From NCBI RefSeq assembly GCF_000181795.1, contig NW_003526941.1:439453-503452 (forward strand): a DNA stretch of 64,000 nt, in the 5' to 3' direction. How positions within the stretch are numbered: position 1 is the first letter of the stretch; every line of letters begins with the position of its first letter. Below are positions 26,749-37,981 of the stretch, piece after piece. The translations under genes and the position numbers were made by a program. The notes below the pieces were generated by a model that was not told the origin of the DNA, did not search any database, and worked only from the letters and a program-made list of their open reading frames with translations. Source of the DNA: Trichinella spiralis (Eukaryota).

Positions 26749-27998
26749 TCAATCATACGATTCTAAAAGTCCAGTTTTAGATAAATGTTCATTCTGTAAA
26801 ACTACAGGCTTCTTCCTTGGCTTTCTTTTAGGAATGTGAGCTTTGCCAGGGCCATCTCGATGTTTCAAGCCAAGCAAGGTGTCCAAGCCCTGCTTTCTTA
26901 CGTACTCTTCTAACTTCTCGTCATCATACTGACTAACTGATATATTTCGCCACATCATCTTTAAATCTATAAATGAAAATAAAAGTTAATACTGAAATAA
27001 ATTTCTGTATATTATTTTTACCTTCATCTACAGCCAAATGAAACGGTTCTGACTCATTGTAAAACAAAGCCACATCCTTACGCTTATTTAAACTGACATT
27101 CAAAGCAAGAACTTGATTGCCCAGAGCCTGACAAAAAACTTTTTTGTATATTTATTTCATACTGTATTTTTAAAGATGCGGCATAGCACCCGCAAAAAAA
27201 ATACCTGAACAAGTTTATCTGGATGAAGAACACAATCATAAAGTTCAGAAAGTAGCAACGCACCAGCACCATCAATTTCACGACGTTTCAATAACGCCAA
27301 CAAAGAATTTTTTCCTTTCACCTTGTATGGAGGTTTGTAAGTGAACTTACCATCTTCATCGACATTCATGCGAGGATGACCCGGTAGAATCTAAATGACC
27401 ACATAACTTTAAAGTGCCTTGAGTAATAATAGTAATAACAATATCAATTTCAAGAAATTTACTTCTTTGAGCCACATCGAAATTTTACCCGAAACTCCAA
27501 ACATTTGGAGCTCTTCAAAAATTTCTTCTAGAGACAAACTCCAATTCAAGTTTTCCAAAAAGCGTTTCTTTATACAATAAATTATACAGTTTAAAGTATA
27601 ATTCTTTCATTAATGAATATTTTACTTTCATATGTTCCAAAACTTTAGCCAGTATACCAAAATTCGTTGCCATACACGCTTTGGCGTTTTTGTAATCGAC
27701 CACTAAAATTCAAAAAGTGAACCAACTGTTTTTTTAATGTAAATATAAAACAAACAAGGAATATTTAAAACAAATAATAATAACAAAAGCATTCAAATAA
27801 GTTGCAGAACCTACCAGATTTAGCCATTTTGGGTCTCTTAACAGCTGAAAGGACAGCAGCATTTTTGACAGACGTATTATTATGCCTTTCAGATGTGTTG
27901 GTTGCACTACTATAACGGTCTTGACGATTAAAAACCGAAGGTACAGCACTTGCTCGCTTCAAGAAAGCTTCTCTTTGTTTAAGCAAAGATGAATCCAT
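26749..27998 (-). CDS. GTF2E2: General transcription factor IIE subunit beta (6 exons)
   Basis: MDSSLLKQREAFLKRA, NFGILAKVLEHMK, GKFTYKPPY, VDEDLKMMWRNISV and QNEHL. Confidence 0.9.
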
Positions 27999-29173
27999 AT
28001 CACCCTGGTAGCGATCAACTTAAAAAATCAAAAAATTCTCCATTCCGACATTACAGTTAACAAATGAAAAGCAAGTACAAATGTTCAATTAACAAGGAAA
28101 ACCTTACAAAATTCTGTTATTTATTATGAACTCAAAGAGTTTAAGAAACAAATTTATAAAAAAATAATGCAATTCGACTTCACGTTTCATTTTACACATG
28201 ATTTCTACAAACATCTACCAATAAACGCGGCCATTTACGGATTTAAGCGTTTTGAAAAGTATTAAAATTGTGATATGCTTTAGAAATATTTTTCAGCAAC
28301 TGCAGTGGGCTTCTTACTATTTTTAACCATGAATGCGCTAAGAAGACGTTACAAAATAATCATAAGCTGCCTACATCGAACATCATAATATTCTTAAAGC
28401 AGCAGTTCACAGAAGTTGAATGCAATCTTATAAAAAATATGAACTCTCCATAGTCAATAATAATATGATATTTAAACACGATGTTTATAAAGTTTACTTA
28501 ATTAATGTACTTTAAAGGGTGGTGTGCAACATATTCTAATTTTTGACGGAGTTTTCGATTCTTCGAATTCCGACAAGCGCCCCACGCAAGCTAACATCTT
28601 ACTTCCCAGTTCTAAAGGTCGTCGTCAAATAATTCAGATGGTTGAAGTACTCTTCAAGTAAATACGTTTTATTCAAAAATGCACGATTAACAACAATAAA
28701 CACTCGACGAGGAAATATCGGAAGGGAAAGTGCAATAAAAATGAGCACACCATATTTTACTGCTGCTAACCTCCGACTTAACACAGTATTACATTTTTGA
28801 GAGTAAAGTACATATAAAATTTGTTTAGCATTAATATTATTAACTAACAGAAGTTTATTAACTTTTATTTGCTTCTGCGTTAAATTATAAATTGAAAAAT
28901 CTAATTTTAAAATAAAATTAAATGACTTTTATTTCTCTTTAAAGAATTGTTAAAAATGCATTTGATTTTAAAATTTTGCCGTTTTTAAGTTTAAATTAAA
29001 CAAAATTGTATGTATTAATATGTTTATATTTGTTTTAAAGTTTTCTATCTCATATTCGTTGATTTGAATTAAGTAGGTCATTTTGGCCTACTTTAAAATG
29101 ATGATCAAGCTCAATCTTTTAAACCGTAATCTAGTGAATTCAGTTGAATTCGATTTGATTTTGAAGCACTGCG

Positions 29174-31797
29174 ATGGCTGAACGACAAAAGAAAGAAGAA
29201 CAAAAGGAATTGCCTGATATTATTGTGAATCCAAAACATGGCACTAGATATTGTAAAGGAAAATTTCTGGGAAAGGTGAATGAATGAATGAATAAATTGT
29301 CGCTGCTTCTTTGATAATTTGAATTTTCAGGGTGGTTTCGCTCGCTGCTATGAGCTCACGGAATCGTCCACTAATCGCACTTATGCTGGAAAAGTTGTTT
29401 CGAAAACATTACTTGTCAAAAAACATCAAAAAGATAAAGTAAGAAACTTCTTCAAGATTACCCTTTTCCATAGAAATTTGAATATGGTTTTTCTTTTCAA
29501 GATGGCTCAAGAAATTCAAATTCATTCTCAACTTTCGCACAAGCATGTCGTTCAGTTTCACAGCTTTTTTGAAGACGATCAAAATGTTTACATTTTATTG
29601 GAACTGTGTCGCCGAAGGGTAAATTTGGATTAAAAAAATTGTAGACTCACTCTTATTGTCGTGGTTATTATTATAGTCGCTGATGGAATTGCACAAGCGA
29701 CGCCGAACAATTACAGAACCGGAAGCACGTTACTTCCTTCATCAAATTGTTGACGCAACAATTTATTTGCACGAAAATCGCATCATTCATCGCGATTTGA
29801 AATTGGGAAATTTGTTCATCAATGATGATATGATGGTCAAATTAGGTGACTTTGGTTTGGCTACGAAACTTGATTATGATGGTGAAAGGAAAAAGTACGT
29901 TTATTTCGTGTTTTAATCTTCATTTTGGAAAAATTCGTATCTTTTTCTAGAACCCTCTGCGGCACTCCAAATTACATCGCACCTGAGATGCTTTCCAAGA
30001 AAGGTCACAGCTATGAAGTGGATTTATGGGCAATTGGGTGCATTTTATACACTCTGCTTGTTGGAAATCCACCGTTTGAGACATCGTCACTGAAAGATAC
30101 GTATTCACGTATTCAGCGCAACGATTACCACCTGCCGAGTCGTTTGAGCCCAGCTGCTCGTCAGATGATTCTTCGGTTGTTACAGTCTGATCCGAAAAAT
30201 AGACCAACTATCAAAGAAACCTTGAACTTCGATTTCATGACTTCCGGTATAATTATTTATGATTTTGTTTGAATTAATATGAAATTGACAATGTAGAAAA
30301 TATGAGAAAGATTTTCAAAAAAATATATATACCTGAAAATGTATCTTTGAAGGTTTCTGTCCGCTTCGTCTACCAACATCTTGTCTCACCATGGCTCCAA
30401 AATTTCCTGTCGAAGCTCTTCGTGCACCGTTACAACTTGACCGGAAACCACTAGCAGCATTTAACTCCGGTTAGCTTTTCTTGGGCAAATCCACATTTTC
30501 TTTTTCCGTCAAATATTTAATTTGAAAATAATCTATAGATGCGGCAGGCAAAGGCCAAATCGACGGACCGCCTCGTGCACTAACTTCTGTTCCTGAAGGA
30601 AAAGAGATGCTTGCTGAAAAGCAGCAGCCACGCTTTGAAACATCTATCTGTGGTATTTATAAATTGAATATTTTTCTGTGGTTTTCTTTCTTTTTTTTGA
30701 TTCACCTTCATCATGTAGTTAAACAAGAGATTGCTGTTGACACGCACTTGGGTACGTTGTTTCGACTGTTGACTGAGATTACGCGTAATCCAACTAGAAA
30801 TACACCACCTTGTATGGGTATGTAACATTTATTCACATTGCGCTGTCATATCTACACCAATTTCATTTTAAACTTGATCTTTGAAATAATATTTCTGAAA
30901 ATTTCAGATGAAGCCGAAGATCCTGCGTTAGCTCCTGTATTCTGGATTAGCAAGTGGGTCGATTATTCAGACAAGTACGGTATTGGCTATCAGTTGAGCG
31001 ACAACAGCGTTGGAGTGATGTTCAATGACAAAACAAAGTTGGTTCTGCATGCTGATGAGAGGTTGATGTTTTATTTTAAATTTGAATAGATTTTTGTCTC
31101 AAAAATTTATTTCTATTGTGCAATTTCAGTCAGTTGCAGTTCATTCAGTTCAACGATGAGGAAGTATACTGCACCACCGAAAATTTTCCGGAGTTTTTGA
31201 AAAAGAAAGTAACACTGATGAAGTACTTCAAGAGCTACATGCACGAACATTTGTTGAAGGTAAATAGTAGCGTCTAGGTGCCCAACAAATTCCATACTTT
31301 ATCAGGGAACTCTCTAGGCTGGAGCTCACAAGGCTCCATCGGCAGGGGATGAATTGGCACGTCTTCCGTCACTGCGAGATTGGTTTCGTACTCGTTCTTG
31401 TATTGTTTTTCTGTTGAACAACGGCACAGTACAAGTGAACTTCTTTCATGATCATACCAAGTTGGTTTTGTGCCCACTGATGGAAGCAGTGACTTACATG
31501 GACGAAAAGCGTAATTTTAACACCTATCTAATATCGGCGCTGGTTAAAAGTGGATGCAGTGAGGATTTGTTGTAAGCATTTGAAGGGAAAATGAGAAGAG
31601 AAGGATGTTTAAAAAGTCCAAATTTCAGGTCACGTTTGAAGTATGCCCGCAGCATGGTCGAGCGACTCATATTACACCAGGCGAGTGGCAGTAGCAGAAA
31701 GACGGGCTCGTCAACAGGTCCGCAGAGTGCAGGTTTGAATCCCGCAACAGAACAAGAACAAGATATGCAAGAGGTGGCGAAAACAGGCAAAATTTAA
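29174..31797 (+). CDS. PLK1: Polo-like kinase 1 (12 exons)
   Basis: [37 protein letters not shown]-box-like RKPLAAFN, and polo boxes [13 protein letters not shown] and [11 protein letters not shown]. Confidence 0.96.
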
Positions 31798-32182
31798 TAT
31801 CAAAAATGAGGTAGTTTTAGTCGTTGTGCCCTCGGTTTGCAGTTGACTGATTCAAATTTTATAAAGTAGTTTCCGCATCCGCTCTATACATTATAATTAT
31901 TCTAAAAATTAAAGCACCATTTCTGATTAATGCAGTAACGTTGGAATTAATCGTTCCGACGTGTTTAATCTTAAATTTTACCATTGCACATGTCTGTCGC
32001 CTTTGTATAATATATATATACATTTATTTATTTATATTTATATTTTTAATATAAATCACACTTTATGTGGTTAAGTTCGATTACAGAGCAACAATGTTTA
32101 TCCTGTCATTCCCAGGGAAAAGTTGGTGAAAATTAAAAAAAAAGCAGCTTGCCAAATCTCTTTCCCTCCTCTCCATCTCTTG

Positions 32183-33164
32183 TTAGCGCGGCCGATTTTT
32201 CATAAACACTCTATCGGCGATTGGTGTCTGCGTGCTTTTGCTATGACTGTTGTTCTGATCCATCATTGTCAGCAGGTGAGCAGTTTCGTTGGTGCCAGCC
32301 AAATTAGCTCCTGTGCGAACATTGAGCGGTACTAAAACTGTCTGAAATTTGAAATATACTACAACAAGTGAATTTTTTGTACACAAGTGTGATAAAACAT
32401 CTTAAACCGTACTTGATGCCCAAAAGCACTTCGAGACACGTAATAGCCTTTGTGCAATTCTTCTTCTGGAGTGACAACGTTATAATAGCAGAGTATCAAT
32501 GAAACGATGGCACAAACACCTGAAAATATTTTTTACTATTATGAACTGTTTCTGAAAGAGAGAGAGAAAATTTACCATGGGCTGGTGTAAATACCATATG
32601 CAAAGTGTACATGGCAATGATGGTATTTTCTACCATTCGATTGAGCTCGAAAAGTGGTTGCGAATGACGCCAACCATCCTGACGAATTGTTCTTTCCTGT
32701 TTGTCCAACAGCCAGGCGGTGATGGCAAACAGAATCACACTAAGAACGATCGAACTCAGTGTACTTCCAGTGTAAACTAAAAGTAACATCCGTTTGGGAT
32801 GCAATTTTACAAAAACAATTCCCAATATGGCACTGGCGCAGAATATGGTCGACATCCACAGGCTGCTTTTGTACGGACATCCGTCGTAAAAGTGGCAAAT
32901 GATGGCAAATATCAGTATTTGTATAGCTAAGCAGAGTTGAATGGCGGCACAAATGATAATGGACCGTGGGTGACGAACGACAATTGTATCGGTCAAAACT
33001 GAGTGCTGTTGTAACGGTAGGGTGGGATTGTCATTGTCGCCAAGGTACACCTCTTCTTCGGGATGCAAACTGTCCGACTCGAACGAGTCTTGATCGTATG
33101 ACTGTACTTCGCGTACTGTATCTTGATTGTACTCTGAAGTTTCCGTATTCACGCTACTTTCCAT
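32183..33164 (-). CDS. Uncharacterised four-TM (MS4A/CD20-like topology) membrane protein, 3 coding exons
   Basis: Acidic N-tail and four hydrophobic segments. In-frame splicing gives PAH|GVCAIVSLILCYY...GHQ|TVLVPL...PR*. The family assignment rests on topology only. Confidence 0.75.
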
Positions 33165-34871
33165 TTGTTTTTGTTTGTCTGGTTCTTATTCAACAACTGC
33201 TGTATCTTTAAAACGAGAATTAACAATATTCGATCAATAGAACACAATATATGTGCATTGAAAAATAACATGGTATGACTATTTTAAATTGAGTTTTTGA
33301 CTTGACGCGAATGAAAAATGCTGAATTGAAAATAAAAACAGATAACTGTTATACATAAGCGACACAGTGCTTGCTTGCTTTTACTCCAAGATGCAAATTG
33401 AAAATGATCAACAACAGAGTTACCTTTTTGAAACATTCCAGTGATATTATTGTAGGTGATGAATGAAATCATATATATCTGAAGATGTGATAAAGTGATA
33501 TTGGAAAAAAAATAGAAAGAATTGAGCTATTTTTGTCCGTTTAATTTGATTAAAACGTGAAAATTCCACCAACTGTGAACTTCGAGTGGGCGAATTTCGA
33601 GAAAGATGTAAAATTTCGAAAATGAATAAAGAAGAAGTTCTATGCAGATAGATATTCACGAACAGACGCACGCACGCGCGCGCACACGAACACAAACTCA
33701 CTCAAAAGTAGACATAAACATATACACAATGACATTTATACACGTATATTACTTATTTTTCAATCAGGATGAGAAGAAGATGGATGAAATGGCTTTAAAT
33801 TTTAACAGCTGCAAGCAGGCACTGATACCACTTGGACAATTCACGCTTAACTAGTCGTTTGGACGTTGGATAGCTCCGAAAGTTCGAACACTGACTGACT
33901 GACAAGTTGATGAATAATAATAATAATAAAGCAAGTTGAATTTAAAGTTTTAAGTGTGCCTTGGTTGCTAGTTCGTTGAAAAAATTGGAGAAAAGGTCGG
34001 TCGGCGCAATGGCCAACTGGCGTCTCAAGTGACAAATCTACGCAGCCGACTTGGCAACGTTAAAGCTGCTATCATAATGATGCGCTAAGTGTACAAGAAG
34101 ATGGCGACTTCCTCAACACAATGCCTAATGCACCACGTACTCGGCGTCAAAAGGAAAAAAACCGCCGAAATGTGCGCTTATAAATCATCGGGTAGAAAAA
34201 AGCCCAAATTCCACGCTTGGGCAAACTTATTTCCTTGAAACATTACAACGAAACAAACAAATATGCCCATGATGCCGAAAAAAAATTTCCTAGTCTTCTT
34301 TAAAATTTATATTGCTAAATTTTGCGGAAAACAGCTGCATAAAAATACACTTCATTACATGACGAACAATTGTACGTGAGAACACCGTTTAAATTTACAG
34401 TATACCTACTTTTTCTTCACATAATCGTTTTAATCAATTGTCGAAAGATAAAAATTCATTCACGAATTAAATAACGAAAAAATAAACCATGCTTTTAATT
34501 TTTATTAATTTAGTATTGAAAAATCAACAGCAAAAAATATAATTCTTACCTGTTTTGTGTTGTACATTTTGAACGATGCACTAAGTGGTGTGTTGACGTT
34601 GACCGATTAGCCAAAGAAATGTTAAATAGACTGTCTGTCGACTACAGATGCAATATAATAGCCGATGAACTGAAACGAAGCCAAATGATGCATCTAGCGA
34701 CATGAACTGAAAGAACAACAATACAATACAATACAATAACTGAAGTCTAAAATGGAAAACATTAATATATAGCATTAATCAAACGAATGATCAGTTGTTT
34801 CAAAATGTTCATTTTATTTCAAAGTTGAAGAAGTACAGATTAAAAAATTGTTGCATTTAAAAATTAAGAAA

Positions 34872-34872
<1 letters not shown>

Positions 34873-34905
<33 letters not shown>
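34873..34905. repeat. (AAT)n microsatellite
   Basis: Direct inspection. Confidence 0.9.
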
Positions 34906-34908
<3 letters not shown>

Positions 34909-34943
34909 GCTGTGCTTTGGACGGCTTAGTCAATCAGTCCATT

Positions 34944-36692
34944 TCACTTTTGAGTAAGACGAGCCAACAGAGCACAGAAAAATGATGGCTTTATCTAAAA
35001 TGAAAAAAACATAAAACACAAAATTGTGAATAAAAAATTTCCTTATTGATGAATTATGATAAATTGCGCGTTGAATTTTGTTACATTTTTCGAAGAGTAT
35101 CTATGTAAATGATGAATTTGTGAAATTGCTTACAAGAAAAAGACTGGCAAGAATTCCAAGTGTTCCTTCGATGGATGAAATTTGAAAAAGATGTTTTTCA
35201 AAACGACGATAACATCCCTAAAATTGAAATCTTTTCAATGGAAATTATAATGAATGAATGAATGTTGATATGTATAACCTCAGTGTAAATTGCAGTTGTG
35301 TTTACTTTCGAATCAGGATCGAACATTTGACAAGCATTTATATCAACGTACTGACCGTTCAGTTTAACGCAGCATGACGCCGGAACCAATTTTTTCAACT
35401 TTTCAGGCTGATCCATGTGCCATTTTGAAGTTCGCCAGATGATAAAATTCGACTTTTGCGTTTCATCAATTCCACAACAGTGAAACTGCTCTTGCATCTT
35501 GTCCCAAGCGTCAGTCACGGCATCGTCTGCAGGCTGACCATAAAATGTTTTCAGCGATGTAAGCATTTGTAAATCCAATGCATTTACAACAAGCTAAAAT
35601 TTCGGTTCAACTGAAATGAAAAATCGAATAATTTTGATTAGAAGCGAAAAACCTTACTTGTTTTTGAAAAATGAATGCCATTACACCAGCCATCAATAAC
35701 ATCAAAAACAGAACTAAGCAGGTAACGGAAAACTGCAATACAAAAACGATGAAATTTTCGGCCTTCAAACAGACTCAATTCCATACTCACAGCGTACATG
35801 AAACAACGCAATTCACGGCTGGTAACGTAAAATCCAATAACGTTCATGCACATGCTTATCGCTCCGATAAACAGCAGCAGAAAACCCACGTCGACGAAAA
35901 GCTTCGGCTCGAAAAGGGCAGCAAATTGCTTTTTGCATAATAACACCCAGAAACCGCAACCAATAGCAGCAATATTTAAAAGCTAATGCAAAAAATATTT
36001 GCATAATAGATAAAAGTATTCCTTTGAAAAGAAGCATACATTGTTGGAATTTTTTTCAAAGTTGAAAATGAATAAAAAACGTGAATGAAATGGGCAAAAA
36101 GCAAAGAACCGTTAAGTTAACCGTTTCTTCCATACATATCAGTGTGAATATGTACACAATGATTTCAAGTTTTATACGATGAAAACTTCTTCAGTGCTGC
36201 ATTCTGCCCATTACTGAATGTCTTGTTATTTTGAAAAATAATCATTCGTTTGAAAGTGTAAAATTTTTAACACACATTAATGTAAAAAAATATATGCTCT
36301 TGAAAATCAAATAACTGTAGTCATGATAAAGCAATGTATTAATGGAAATTTATCTTCACTTTGTACATTTTAGTTGGAGAAAGCAAAATAATCAACAATA
36401 TAACGAAAAAACATCCAGCAGTGAGCTGTGATCTTTTCTAATAGCATAATTTTGCAAAAAAAGCAACATTATTCGAAGAATCGTGAATTATTAACGCGAG
36501 TACTGTGCATTTTGTTGGTTGGTGTCTAGCACGAGTTCATACGAAGAAATAAATCACAAATTAACGAAATTAACAAAATAAATCAAAAGTAAATCTTACC
36601 ATGGATAATAAATTTGTACAATAGAATGAATATCTTGTGAACTGTCCCAGTTTTCCATAAGCAGTGCAGTTGAATATTTGGTCCAATTTCAT
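34944..36692 (-). CDS. Tetraspanin, CD151/TSPAN11-like (6 exons)
   Basis: Four TMs. The large loop has AVTDAWDKMQEQFHCCG, WRTSKW, VPASCC and IYTEGC, and the protein ends FFCALLARLTQK*. Confidence 0.9.
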
Positions 36693-37663
36693 TGTCGTTC
36701 AACGTCGGATGTTTCGTAGACGTCGTCTTCACGTTACGAAGCTTAAGACTAAGCAACAACAAGTTCTAGAAATAAGTCCACCGTCTGTCTGCAATGTTGT
36801 CCCACTTTTCTGTCCAATTGCTGGTCTGTCGACACTTCCATTTTCACACAGCTTCACATATCATACAGAGTGTATGCAATTCGATCAATTTGTATAGCTG
36901 TGATTCTTTTTTCTAGGTACAAATTATTTGTGTGACCGAATTATTTCATTTCTGACGTAATTAAAAAAGTGTACAAGTGGAAATGCTTGTATTTTTTGTT
37001 AATTCTCTTCCTTTATCTTTCTTACATTTAAATGAAATTGTCGACATGAATTTACCTTCTTGTTTTTGTCGAACTAACTGTTAATCGACTTGCTGACCAC
37101 AACATACTGGCCAAATTTCATTCATTTTGAATCCATTTTCAAAAATATTGCAATCGATAAAATAAATAAGAATAATAACGTTTTTTTCTGTTCTTACTTG
37201 AAAATCAAAAAAACACGCTATACTGTAGGTGAGGAAAAAATATTTTTTGCACCAGACGAGAACGTCAAATAGTAACCAATTTTCACAATGCGTCAATGAA
37301 GCAAAGCAGTAAGCATATGGTGATTTTAATAAAATGTAAAAGACAAAATGTCAATAAAAACGAGACAACAAAAAAAATGGCAGTATCAGTTTCATCTTGG
37401 CAGAGATAGAAGAAACACGGGATTTTCGAACGGGAAGGGAAAGTAGAAATTAAACGCCAGATTAAGATGATCGACAGGTAAAAGGAGCAAAAATTAAAAT
37501 TACAAGGTTGTTCAAAAAATAGTTTAACTATATTTGAATGGAAAGAGGATAAAAGAAAAAAAAACAACAGCGCAAATAATGTTTTTGTCGTATGTTGTTT
37601 CACAGCAACAACCTGGTCCGGTTGGCAAGTGAGTGAAGGGAAGTAGTAATTTTATGAGAAGGT

Positions 37664-37800
37664 TCAATCGCAATGTTCATAAAATTTGGTTCGTTCTTCA
37701 ATATGGGCTGTGCAATGCTCCAGGCGACTGTTCAGCTGTTGCAGCGTTTTGCTAAAAGCAGCTAGTCGCAGCTCGTTGGCGTCGAGCGCCTTGCGCTCTT
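37664..37800 (-). CDS. Laminin beta alternative terminal exon B ([10 protein letters not shown]...TKFYEHCD*)
   Basis: tttttcag acceptor in phase 1, matching the donor at 39132. It encodes 45 aa ending Y-E-H-C-D*, like known beta-chain C-termini. Confidence 0.85.
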
Positions 37801-37939
37801 CTGAAAAAGCAAATTAAGAAAACAACAACAAAGCAAACAAACAAATTAAAAAAAGAATAAGCATCATCAGTGGGGTCGTGGGTTGGTAACTGAGAAAGAG
37901 AGTATGAGTATGAAGAAATGTGTTATCGTTAATCAATCT

Positions 37940-37981
<42 letters not shown>

